Below, piece after piece: positions 18,711 to 26,661 of a stretch of 35,126 bases of DNA. The stretch is taken from IMG/VR virus record IMGVR_UViG_3300036987_000345, positions 1 to 35,126 of that record. One strand, given 5' to 3'. The notes below the pieces were generated by a model. The model ran no database searches and was not told the origin of the DNA. It worked only from the letters and a program-made list of their open reading frames with translations. The DNA is from a virus. Taxonomy: Duplodnaviria > Caudoviricetes. Every line of letters starts with the position of its first letter. Position 1 is the stretch's first letter. The position numbers and the translations under genes were made by a program.

Positions 18711-19705
18711 GGGAGCTCCTCTAAATAATCAGGAGTAAGCAAAAGTTTTTCAATGGCTTCAATCTGTTTGTTAACTGGTGCTTTTTCTACCTGAGCGGCT
18801 GTTATTTCAGAATTATCTTTATTACGGATCCCTTTAAGCTTGTAAAGAGTTACAAGCTTTTCAGTTCGTTCTTTCTGAGGTGCATCACGATAAGTTTCAG
18901 CATCCATTCTCGCTTTTTCTTCCGGAGTGAACATCGGCTTTCCTTCAATGATGTTTGCATCCTGAACGTTTGATGTCTGTTCCGGTGCTGATGCCGTGTT
19001 CTCAATCTGTCTCTGTCCGATAGAAGGTGAATAAATGGTATCCATAATTCCTAACTTTTTACGAGCAAGTTCTTTCTTTATTTCTTTTTGTTCCTCTGGT
19101 GAAAATTCAGAAAGTAAAGCGTTCTTATCTTCCTCAACGTAAGGGATAAGAAACGGTTTCTCAAAATCAGAGGCTTTAAAAGATTGCGGAAGTTGAGGAA
19201 GCACCTTATTAAATGCACGTGTAAGCGCGTTGCTCTCAGCTAATGCCTCAGCGTGTTTACGACGTGATTTTGTTTGTCCATCGCTCTTAGTTGCAAGGTC
19301 ATTAAAATAATCATACTTGCCGGTGTAAGATTCTGTTATCATTTCACCGCTTACAGTTCTATACATAACCGAAACTTCGTGACTGATAAAAGTTACACGC
19401 CCGGTCTCATCTGTTTTGCGTTCAAGAATTCTGGAACCAACAACACGGATCTTTGCAGCTTTAGCAATCTCATTAAGTTTGCTAAGATGTAAACAAAATC
19501 CACCGCTTTCGTTCTTGTAAACGTGCTTATCGTTATTTGCATTAACAGTAACAACCTCAGCACCTAAGCGGCAATACTTGTCTGTAAATGGTAACGTTTC
19601 AGGAAAAATAACATTTGCAACAGTCTTTGCTTGTAACACAAACTGCTGAAGTTGGTTATTATTCCCGATCTTTTCTTCTGTTAGTTTTACTAATGCACTA
19701 CTCAT
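18707..19705 (-). CDS. Putative single-strand annealing/recombination protein
   Basis: First gene of the SbcCD module; L..IA..A.I and AEALAESNALTRA motifs recall Rad52/Sak/RecT-type annealases; flexible C-terminal linker. Confidence 0.45.
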   Translation of the reverse strand: MSSALVKLTEEKIGNNNQLQQFVLQAKTVANVIFPETLPFTDKYCRLGAEVVTVNANNDKHVYKNESGGFCLHLSKLNEIAKAAKIRVVGSRILERKTDETGRVTFISHEVSVMYRTVSGEMITESYTGKYDYFNDLATKSDGQTKSRRKHAEALAESNALTRAFNKVLPQLPQSFKASDFEKPFLIPYVEEDKNALLSEFSPEEQKEIKKELARKKLGIMDTIYSPSIGQRQIENTASAPEQTSNVQDANIIEGKPMFTPEEKARMDAETYRDAPQKERTEKLVTLYKLKGIRNKDNSEITAAQVEKAPVNKQIEAIEKLLLTPDYLEELP

Positions 19706-19818
19706 TTTCCTAATCTCCTTCTTAAATCTTTGTTTTCTTTGTGCGTCAGGTAAGCCTTAAGCAGCGCCATTGGAGCAATTACAAATTCTATTAGTGCGTG
19801 GATAAATACTTCGTTCAT
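19702..19818 (-). CDS. Small hydrophobic peptide (38 aa)
   Basis: MNEVFIHALIEFVIAPMALLKAYLTHKENKDLRRRLGK; AAGGAG SD; ATGA overlaps at both ends. Confidence 0.6.
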   Translation of the reverse strand: MNEVFIHALIEFVIAPMALLKAYLTHKENKDLRRRLGK

Positions 19819-19976
19819 CTTTTTATCGCTCCTTTCGGTGAGTACTGCTGCTTAAAACCCTGGAACAGCTTGTGCAAACGTGCAATCGGTCTTTCATCTT
19901 TAACCGGTACACTTTTATCAAGAGTTACCCTGATTTTTGGTTGTGATAGAATTTTGTTATTTTCGTGTGTGTTCAT
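19815..19976 (-). CDS. Small basic protein (53 aa)
   Basis: MNTHENNKILSQPKIRVTLDKSVPVKDERPIARLHKLFQGFKQQYSPKGAIKR; AAGGAAGGA SD; ATGA coupling downstream. Confidence 0.6.
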   Translation of the reverse strand: MNTHENNKILSQPKIRVTLDKSVPVKDERPIARLHKLFQGFKQQYSPKGAIKR

Positions 19977-20007
19977 AAAGGATCCTTCCTTTTTAGTTAA
20001 GTTTTAT

Positions 20008-20035
20008 AAGTCCAGTTACAGCTGGACTTTTTTAT
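20008..20035 (+). terminator. Intrinsic terminator oriented against the lytic operon
   Basis: AAGTCCAG-TTACAG-CTGGACTT, with a T-tract only on the + strand. Confidence 0.6.
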
Positions 20036-20134
20036 TTATTTCCAAAATCTTTTTAAGAACTGAAACACTAATACAACCCCAATTAGCATCGCAAAAACCT
20101 TTAACAGTACCATAAAAAAGCTCAATGCTATCAT
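20036..20134 (-). CDS. 32-aa single-TM peptide
   Basis: MIALSFFMVLLKVFAMLIGVVLVFQFLKRFWK; TAATG overlap with the upstream ORF. Confidence 0.55.
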   Translation of the reverse strand: MIALSFFMVLLKVFAMLIGVVLVFQFLKRFWK

Positions 20135-20319
20135 TATAGTCTGCTGTAAATATTTTTAATAATCTTAACTGCTGTCTTTAAGTAAAGCTTTACACCGGTT
20201 TTAATTAACCTGTAGATGATATGATTATTTGGCTCAGCTACTCTAACAAAGCAATGTTCGTTGTGCGCTTCGATAGTGAGCCACTTTTCATTTGGGATTA
20301 CATTAACAATTGTTTCCAT
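20134..20319 (-). CDS. Hypothetical protein (61 aa)
   Basis: Coupled to both neighbours by 1-bp stop/start overlaps. Confidence 0.6.
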   Translation of the reverse strand: METIVNVIPNEKWLTIEAHNEHCFVRVAEPNNHIIYRLIKTGVKLYLKTAVKIIKNIYSRL

Positions 20320-20672
20320 CAGACTGCTGCCCTTTCTGGTTTGTTAAAAATTCTTTTAGCTATCTCTTCTGCAGTTTCAACATTTTCGCTTAAAAATGTT
20401 TGATGATACTTTGTGCTTTCCTGGAATGTCTTAATGTCTTTTAAAAGAAAACGGTATCTTAATTGTCGTTTCTTGTCTCTATAAGTACGTGCCTGCAGCT
20501 TACCGGAACGGACCAATCTTATAATAGTTTCGTTTCCAAGTCGGAGTAGCTTACAAGCCTTGTTTAAGCTTACTTCACTAATGTCGTTATCGCTTGCGTT
20601 GTTAAGAAAGGAATCGATCTTCTTTTCAAGATCGGTTAACTTATTCCATATTTGTTCTTGAGTAACTAACAT
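20319..20672 (-). CDS. Excisionase-like (HTH_17/MerR-type) DNA-binding protein
   Basis: VSLNKACKLLRLGNETIIRLVRSGKLQA..YRF...DIKTF. Confidence 0.7.
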   Translation of the reverse strand: MLVTQEQIWNKLTDLEKKIDSFLNNASDNDISEVSLNKACKLLRLGNETIIRLVRSGKLQARTYRDKKRQLRYRFLLKDIKTFQESTKYHQTFLSENVETAEEIAKRIFNKPERAAV

Positions 20673-20673
20673 C

Positions 20674-21138
20674 TTATTTCAAATCAATTGTAATTAGAAT
20701 ATCATTTAACTGATCATTTACTCGATTTTGATGTGCTCTGATTTGATCTCGTAAAATTCTTTTCTCATTTGGGTCGAGGTTACGATCGTGAATTTTTTCT
20801 TTTACACTTCTTGTGATTACTGAAAGCGTTCCGGAGAGAACTGTTGAAAGGTCAATCAAATCATCTTTGAGTTTATCGCATACTTCTTTATTACTACTTA
20901 TCATCCCCTCTCGTTTGAAAATTTCAACAACTCTTGAATGAAAGTCCTGTCGATAATTCATTGCATTACGAAGTTGGTAACGCACCGTTTCATAATCCAT
21001 ACTAAGCTTATCAGAAAGCCATTTAATTTCTAAGCCTTCACGGTCGAGTGTTTCATTTACAAACTTCTGATCCTCATTGAGCATATTAAATTTTTCAGTA
21101 TGTATGTAATTATTCACGTCATCAGCCTGAGATTTCAT
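20674..21138 (-). CDS. HTH regulator, CII-like architecture
   Basis: IKWLSDKLSMDYETVRYQL helix-turn-helix plus a helical C-terminus D..LD..E...L; early-operon position. Confidence 0.5.
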   Translation of the reverse strand: MKSQADDVNNYIHTEKFNMLNEDQKFVNETLDREGLEIKWLSDKLSMDYETVRYQLRNAMNYRQDFHSRVVEIFKREGMISSNKEVCDKLKDDLIDLSTVLSGTLSVITRSVKEKIHDRNLDPNEKRILRDQIRAHQNRVNDQLNDILITIDLK

Positions 21139-21257
21139 TGCTCACCCTGAATAAGTTTGTATCTAAAAAAAGGACTGGTTATGGAAGAAGCATTGCTGTT
21201 CACATTATCTCCAAAGCATTTTAACTGGAATGATATTCCTGGGAACTTTCGCTTCAT
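21135..21257 (-). CDS. Possible 40-aa ORF
   Basis: MKRKFPGISFQLKCFGDNVNSNASSITSPFFRYKLIQGEQ fills the gap and ends in an ATGA overlap with the 21138 start. Confidence 0.35.
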   Translation of the reverse strand: MKRKFPGISFQLKCFGDNVNSNASSITSPFFRYKLIQGEQ

Positions 21258-21265
21258 GGTAATAC

Positions 21266-21475
21266 TCAGTTACTTTGAGTTTGTGTTTGTGCTGAATTAG
21301 CGAACTGAAGCTTTGGTACTATTATCAGAGCATCGCGTCCGTCTAGCAGGGTTTCTCTATGAATTTCAATGGCTTTATTCTCATCCATCTTATGATCTTC
21401 ATAAAAAACCTGAGGTATGCGAATAACACCGCCGTTATTCATCAAGTATATGTTTGTTTCCTTTAGTTTTTGCAT
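21266..21475 (-). CDS. AbrB/MazE-like small DNA-binding protein
   Basis: TNIYLMNNGGVIRIPQVFYEDHKM...IEI...ALIIVP swapped-hairpin pattern. Confidence 0.6.
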   Translation of the reverse strand: MQKLKETNIYLMNNGGVIRIPQVFYEDHKMDENKAIEIHRETLLDGRDALIIVPKLQFANSAQTQTQSN

Positions 21476-21510
21476 CGTTCTTACACCTTTATATGTTGGA
21501 TTTTGTTATT

Positions 21511-21552
21511 AAAACTGGCGCCTTTTGCTTTGCTACTTTAGAAAGGGGCCAG
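21511..21552 (-). terminator. Early-operon terminator/attenuator (tR1-like)
   Basis: Minus strand CTGGCCCCTTT...AAAGGCGCCAG (11 bp, one mismatch) followed by TTTT. Confidence 0.5.
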
Positions 21553-21562
21553 CCGGACTATT

Positions 21563-21754
21563 TCACAAAGCATTTGGCACAACCTCTAGGGTTATTGGTA
21601 ATTCGTTTAACTCTGGATATTCGGGTTCAAGTGTGGGTGTGTAATCATCAAGTAAGCGGTCTAACAGCGTCATAGCTTGCTTGTTTTCTAGTTCTTGGTT
21701 GATAGTGTCGGAAGTTCCTAAGAACTCTCCGCTAAGGCTAAATACTGTACTCAT
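21563..21754 (-). CDS. First gene of the lytic operon, small acidic hypothetical protein
   Basis: AAGGAG SD before ATG 21754; 63 aa. Confidence 0.65.
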   Translation of the reverse strand: MSTVFSLSGEFLGTSDTINQELENKQAMTLLDRLLDDYTPTLEPEYPELNELPITLEVVPNAL

Positions 21755-21799
21755 TGCTGGCTCCTTTGTGATAATGAAACTTTGTAAAACTCTTAGGTA

Positions 21800-21844
21800 A
21801 ACTTAGTAACTATTTTATAATTTGTCAAGTAAAAAATTATAAAA
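21800..21844 (-). promoter_or_regulatory. Lytic promoter with an overlapping operator-like inverted repeat
   Basis: TTGACA (21828-21823), 17 bp, TAAGTT (21805-21800); 11-bp inverted repeat TTTTATAATTT (21813-21823) / AAATTATAAAA (21834-21844) brackets the -35 box. Confidence 0.7.
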
Positions 21845-21906
21845 AGTTTCCTTTTTCTTATAAGTTCTTTATTTACAATGATTTAAAGTTATTGGAAATT
21901 TATAAT

Positions 21907-22554
21907 ATGAATTGGAAAAGTTTTATAAAGTTACTTTCGGATGATTTTCGGGTATCAATCCCGAAGCTTGCTTCATTAACGGGGCTAGCACAGCCGACAT
22001 TGACAAAAATCAAGAATGGGAAAACTCAAAACCCTAATCAGGACACTATAGGATTGATAGAAAAAGCCTTAAATATTAAAATTATAAAGGATTCTAGCGG
22101 TAATTTATCCTATAAAAAAATTCCTGAAGAAACTAAAACCAAGAATTTTGAAGATTCTATACGGAATTTTGATTCAAATTCATTTCCAGTCGTGTCTATA
22201 GTTAGAGCTGGGCAGCCAAATGGAGTTAGGGAGGATGAGATATTGTATTATGCAGATTTTAATTATGCCAAAAGAGAAGGTGTAATAGCTGTTATGATTG
22301 AGGGTGATAGTATGGAACCTGAATTTAAGCATGGTGATTTAGTTCTTGCTGACAAATTTATCGAGCCCTTAAATGGAGATATTGTAATAGCAGTGTTCAA
22401 TAATAACGAACATACAATTAAGAAATTTAGAAATCTAATGGACGAGTACATTGAACTGATACCAGTTAATAAAAATTATCAAAATCAAATTGTCCATAAG
22501 TCCAAAGTATCGGCTATTTATACGGTTGTAAGAAGCTACAGAAATCACAGATGA
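21907..22554 (+). CDS. CI/LexA-like repressor (XRE HTH plus S24 peptidase)
   Basis: SIPKLASLTGLAQPTLTKIKNG HTH; VRAG cleavage site; GDSMEP Ser and TIKK Lys; divergent from the lytic operon. ATG 21907 is preferred over TTG 21892. Confidence 0.92.
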   Translation: MNWKSFIKLLSDDFRVSIPKLASLTGLAQPTLTKIKNGKTQNPNQDTIGLIEKALNIKIIKDSSGNLSYKKIPEETKTKNFEDSIRNFDSNSFPVVSIVRAGQPNGVREDEILYYADFNYAKREGVIAVMIEGDSMEPEFKHGDLVLADKFIEPLNGDIVIAVFNNNEHTIKKFRNLMDEYIELIPVNKNYQNQIVHKSKVSAIYTVVRSYRNHR

Positions 22555-22847
22555 ATCCTGTCGAAAGGAATTTGAAAGGGATTGAATTAGAAAAAATTGG
22601 TTTAGTTGATGAGGCTGTTAATCTATATCTCGAAAATGTAAAAGAAAATTTTGACGGAAGTCATCCATACAATCGGTTGATTGCAATTTATGTTAACCAA
22701 AATAAAATTAATGAAGCAATCGAAATAACGAAAAGAGCGATTTACGTTTTTGAAAATATTGTTTACCAGAAAAGGACAGATAGAGTCACTAAACTAGATA
22801 GATATAAAAAACAGCTATCAACATTATTAGCTAAGGGTACATTATGA
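22551..22847 (+). CDS. TPR-like helical protein
   Basis: GIELEKIG..DEAVNLY...HPYNRLIAIY......EAIEI..RAI. Confidence 0.7.
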   Translation: MNPVERNLKGIELEKIGLVDEAVNLYLENVKENFDGSHPYNRLIAIYVNQNKINEAIEITKRAIYVFENIVYQKRTDRVTKLDRYKKQLSTLLAKGTL

Positions 22848-23203
22848 ACAAATTACTTTTTGCTGTTTTAATTACAATTATTCTCTCCGGTTGCGCAAGC
22901 TCCAATTATACTTCAGAAAGTTATTTTGATAAAGATATGGTTGATAAAATCATCCATGATAAATCAACTATTGCAGATATTGAATCCTTGTTTGGCAAGC
23001 CAGCCGGTATAAGTATGGATGGAGATAATCTTATTTATTCCTACACTTACATTGAGTCAAAATCCAGCGCTCAGTCTTATGTTTTTAGTATGGATTATAA
23101 GATGGAAGGTTTTCAAAGATCATTATCTGTTATATTTAATAAAAATAATGTCGTTACCCGGTACAATTACGTTGAAAATCCAATGAATATTAATTCAAAA
23201 TAA
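22844..23203 (+). CDS. Lipoprotein with a BamE/SmpA-like domain
   Basis: Signal peptide with lipobox LSGC; STIADIESLFGKP, YSY and L.VIFNKNNVV..Y pattern. Confidence 0.75.
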   Translation: MNKLLFAVLITIILSGCASSNYTSESYFDKDMVDKIIHDKSTIADIESLFGKPAGISMDGDNLIYSYTYIESKSSAQSYVFSMDYKMEGFQRSLSVIFNKNNVVTRYNYVENPMNINSK

Positions 23204-23207
23204 ACCC

Positions 23208-23405
23208 ATGAAAACCCTAGACGATCTTTTAATCCAACGCCAGAAACTAACAGAGCTCGTGCGTATGGCTAAACTACTTGGTGGCAAGGTTAGTATCGGG
23301 GATGATACAATAACGCTGGCAGAGCTAAAGGAAACACTAGACAATTTGAAAATAGAGATAGAATCCAGACGCTCACAGATCCCGCCACTCCGCCGTGTAA
23401 AATGA
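23208..23405 (+). CDS. Hypothetical 65-aa protein coupled to the integrase
   Basis: ATGA overlap with the integrase start. Confidence 0.6.
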   Translation: MKTLDDLLIQRQKLTELVRMAKLLGGKVSIGDDTITLAELKETLDNLKIEIESRRSQIPPLRRVK

Positions 23406-24559
23406 AGGGAGTTTACTTACAAAAAAATTCCCCTTATTATTGGATCAGATATTACGATAAGTATGAGCAAAACGATTCTCGTAAACGCAAATCAATCAAC
23501 ACAAAGATCCAAGTAACTGAGTCTGATTGGAAACGATATAAGGAAAGTCAGCAGCTCTCAGGTACTTCCGAACTCCGGAATAAATTAAAATCATTTCGCG
23601 ATGGATTGAATAATAGGAATATCGAGATCCAGAGCGGTGTAAAATTACGTCACGATAAAACCCTGCTGGATGGATACGAGGAGTTTAAGCAATTCCGATC
23701 AGTACCCGGCTCAAAGAAAGAAGTAAAACTTAAAACTCTTGAAAATTATAAACTTGCAGTTGATCATTTCGTGAGCTGCTCCGGAAACAAATTAATATAT
23801 AAGTACACCGATAAAGATTATGTTGCGCTGCTTAATTTCTTTGAAGGTAAAAACCTCAGCAGAAATTCGAGATCTATATACACTCGTGCGTTAAAAACTT
23901 TATGGGCTTACTTTGTTCAAAAGGTTTATACTCTCAAAAATATCATTGAACCGGTTGAAGCTGAAACGAAGGATCCCGATCCGATTCCATTGGATGATAT
24001 GTTCACAATTGTTGAGTACTTCAAAGCCGATACAGATTATCCACATCATTATTTTATTGTTTACTTTATGCTGTTAACCGGCTGCCGTCCTTCAAGCGCA
24101 ATAATGCAAGCCAAGGAAGACATCGATTTCAAAAGAAAAGTAATCACTATTAAAAATGTTAAATCCGGAAGAAGAAAAGGAAAAGAGTTTTATAAGTTCC
24201 CACTTTATAAAGAATTGGAGCAGCTGCTTAGATTAATGAAAGCCGATAAAGGAGCCGGTCGATTATTTTCAATGTACTCTGTGGTTCCTGAACATTACAC
24301 CTGGCCGCTGTCTTTTTGGAAACGTGGAATGGCCTCCTTGGTCAAGGGAAAGAAGATCTCGAAAGCGTATTCATTAAAACAAATCCGTCCAACACTCGCA
24401 AGTTATTTAATCAACAAACTAAAGATGGATATTTACACAGTAAAAAAACTTCTGGATCACTCTGATGTCAAGATCACTGATAATCATTACATTGATTTTA
24501 GAGTTGACAATGTTCGTAAAGAGTTGGATGAGATTGAGTTAAATAATTTTATAAAATAA
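23402..24559 (+). CDS. int: Tyrosine recombinase / phage integrase
   Basis: N-terminal arm-binding beta domain (YYWIRY), TGCRPS (Arg), LKQIRPT (HxxR variant), LLDHSD..IT..HY (His, Tyr); att site downstream. Confidence 0.92.
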   Translation: MKGVYLQKNSPYYWIRYYDKYEQNDSRKRKSINTKIQVTESDWKRYKESQQLSGTSELRNKLKSFRDGLNNRNIEIQSGVKLRHDKTLLDGYEEFKQFRSVPGSKKEVKLKTLENYKLAVDHFVSCSGNKLIYKYTDKDYVALLNFFEGKNLSRNSRSIYTRALKTLWAYFVQKVYTLKNIIEPVEAETKDPDPIPLDDMFTIVEYFKADTDYPHHYFIVYFMLLTGCRPSSAIMQAKEDIDFKRKVITIKNVKSGRRKGKEFYKFPLYKELEQLLRLMKADKGAGRLFSMYSVVPEHYTWPLSFWKRGMASLVKGKKISKAYSLKQIRPTLASYLINKLKMDIYTVKKLLDHSDVKITDNHYIDFRVDNVRKELDEIELNNFIK

Positions 24560-24589
24560 ATATATCAAATCAAACAAGTTGGATTATTT

Positions 24590-25972
24590 ATGAGCAAAAA
24601 TGATCGGGAAATAAGAGATCCTATTCATGGACTAATTGGTAGATTAAAGAATATTGAAAAATTAATCGATTCCTTACCTATGCAAAGACTGAGGAACATT
24701 AAACAACTTGCATTAGCTAATCTTGTTTATCCTGGAGCGGTTCATACAAGATTTGAGCATTCAATTGGAGTAATGCACATAGCTGAAAAAATTATTGATC
24801 ATTTAAAAATTGATGAAGATGTTGATCTCATACTTTCATCAGCTTTGCTGCATGATGTTGGTCATGGTCCTTTTTCACACGTTTCAGAAGATGTATTGGA
24901 GAAGTACTCGACAAAGACACAAATTATCGGTGGGATCAAAGAAAAAATCCACGAATCAATTACTTGTAAAATAATTGAAACTCATCCTGATTTTAAAAGA
25001 CTTTTAAGTGGGGATCAAAGAAAAGCAATTATAGATGTTCTTTTGGGTAATAATGCTAATCCGATTATTAAAGGAATTGTATCTGGCCCGCTTGATGCTG
25101 ACAAACAAGATTATTTGTTAAGAGATAGTTACTACTGTGGAGTAAAATATGGTGTGTTTGATATTGATAGATTGATTAATTCGCTAACAATATTCAAGGA
25201 TCATTATAATTCCTCAATTGCAGTAAAAAATGATGGCATCCATGTATTGGAACAATTCGTAATAGCCAAATACCATATGTCAACTCAGGTGTATCGACAC
25301 AAAGGAAGATTACTAACCGATTCAATGATTACTCGTGGAATTACTTTAGGCATTGAAGAAGATAATTTTGGCTGGCTTCGAAAGCTCTATTCATTCGATG
25401 GAAGCGAAGATTTTATTAATAATTTTTTAACTTGGGATGACCAAAGATTATTTAATCATATTTTATATGTTGAAAAGTCAGATGGTTATGCAAAAAAAAT
25501 ATTCAAAAGACTTAAAGATAGAAATCTTTACAAACGAGTCTTTCATGAAAAAGTACCAAATTTTAACAAGGAATCTCGACTCAAGCTGTCAAAAATTAAT
25601 AACGACCCAAAAATCTTAGCTGAACTGGAAGAGGAAATTTCCAATTGTTTATCAGTTGAAATTGGTGAAAAAATTGATAAGTTAGAAGTAATACTTAAAA
25701 AATTTTCTATTAAATCAGTACGAGAATCCTCTAAGGATAATGAAAGCGCGATCATGGTACTAGATCATCAAGGAATTCCAAGCAATCTTGATGATGAATC
25801 GACATTGTTTAAACCAATTGATGATAAAGAACTTGAAGAATTTGTCGAAGTTTATGCACCATTGAACATCGATCCCGAAAAGAAAGAAAAAATCCTTAAC
25901 AAACTTTATAAACCATTATTCCTCATAATTGAGAAAAAATTAACTGATCAACTAAGCCTGGAGAGCCTATGA
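24590..25972 (+). CDS. HD-superfamily phosphohydrolase, SAMHD1/YwfO-like putative dNTP triphosphohydrolase
   Basis: IRDPIHG, QRLRNIKQL, YPGAVHTRFEHSIG, LLHDVGHGPFSH, HE, LDADKQDYLLRD, VYRHK. Confidence 0.9.
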   Translation: MSKNDREIRDPIHGLIGRLKNIEKLIDSLPMQRLRNIKQLALANLVYPGAVHTRFEHSIGVMHIAEKIIDHLKIDEDVDLILSSALLHDVGHGPFSHVSEDVLEKYSTKTQIIGGIKEKIHESITCKIIETHPDFKRLLSGDQRKAIIDVLLGNNANPIIKGIVSGPLDADKQDYLLRDSYYCGVKYGVFDIDRLINSLTIFKDHYNSSIAVKNDGIHVLEQFVIAKYHMSTQVYRHKGRLLTDSMITRGITLGIEEDNFGWLRKLYSFDGSEDFINNFLTWDDQRLFNHILYVEKSDGYAKKIFKRLKDRNLYKRVFHEKVPNFNKESRLKLSKINNDPKILAELEEEISNCLSVEIGEKIDKLEVILKKFSIKSVRESSKDNESAIMVLDHQGIPSNLDDESTLFKPIDDKELEEFVEVYAPLNIDPEKKEKILNKLYKPLFLIIEKKLTDQLSLESL

Positions 25973-26523
25973 AACTTGAATTCCTTATTCTCACTATTCT
26001 GGATTTAATCGGTGATAACGAAAGGGGAAGAACATTATTACAGAAAATAATATATTTCTATTCAGTTTTGTTGAAGGAAGATTTCGGTTACCAACCACAT
26101 TATTATGGCCCTTATTCAACAACAGTTGATAACACAATTAAAAACCTTAAATCATTGGGTTATTTAAATGAATCTGTTGATACTTGGGGTATAGACAATC
26201 GAGGCTTCGAGAAAAAAAAATATAAGTATTCTTTATCTGGGGATGGAGCTTATTTATTAGATTATTTGTCAAAGGATAATTTAAAGGTGCGTGAAGAGAT
26301 CGGAAAGATTTTTTTCAAGTTAAAAGAAAATATCGACCTGACAGATACAAATTCTTTATCAATCGCTGCAAAAACATTTCATATAATTTCTCATAATTCC
26401 TCCTCCGAAATAGATGAAAAGGCAATTAAAGAAGAAGCAAAAAATATTGGTTGGAATGTGAAAGAAGATGAAATTGTTGAAGCAACTAACTTTTTGGTTG
26501 GAATGAAATTGATAAATAATTAA
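25969..26523 (+). CDS. YwgA-like / Panacea (SocA, DUF4065)-fold protein
   Basis: GRTLLQKIIYF...Y.PHYYGPYS..V...I..L...GYL...Y.LS..G; ATGA overlap with the HD gene. Confidence 0.75.
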   Translation: MKLEFLILTILDLIGDNERGRTLLQKIIYFYSVLLKEDFGYQPHYYGPYSTTVDNTIKNLKSLGYLNESVDTWGIDNRGFEKKKYKYSLSGDGAYLLDYLSKDNLKVREEIGKIFFKLKENIDLTDTNSLSIAAKTFHIISHNSSSEIDEKAIKEEAKNIGWNVKEDEIVEATNFLVGMKLINN

Positions 26524-26578
26524 TAAAGTGTTATAAAAAGTGTTATAGTGTTGTTTTAAAGAACGTAGAGTTAAAAGT

Positions 26579-26612
26579 AAAAACCCTGTAAGTGCTTTAC
26601 TTACAGGGCTTT
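26579..26612 (-). terminator. Terminator hairpin downstream of the tRNA 3' fragment (possibly bidirectional)
   Basis: Perfect 10-bp stem CCCTGTAAGT/ACTTACAGGG at 26584-26608; T5 on minus, CTTT on plus. Confidence 0.75.
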
Positions 26613-26619
26613 AACTTAG

Positions 26620-26661
26620 CGGGGCCGACGAGACTCGAACTCGCGACCTCCTGCGTGACAG
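26620..26661 (-). tRNA. 3' half of tRNA-Asp(GTC); att core, not a complete tRNA
   Basis: Minus strand CTGTCAC (anticodon loop) GCAGG AGGTC GCGAG TTCGAGT CTCGT CGGCCCC G; the 5' half is absent. Confidence 0.92.

Noticed and set aside
3223-21754. Numerous 60-110-aa plus-strand ORFs (e.g. 6087..6416, 14031..14342, 19798..20115)
   Set aside because: They lie antisense to well-supported genes, with atypical composition and no RBS.
21901-21906. TATAAT as the -10 box of a leaderless cI promoter
   Set aside because: It abuts ATG 21907 directly, too close for a start site at or before the ATG, and has no correctly spaced -35.
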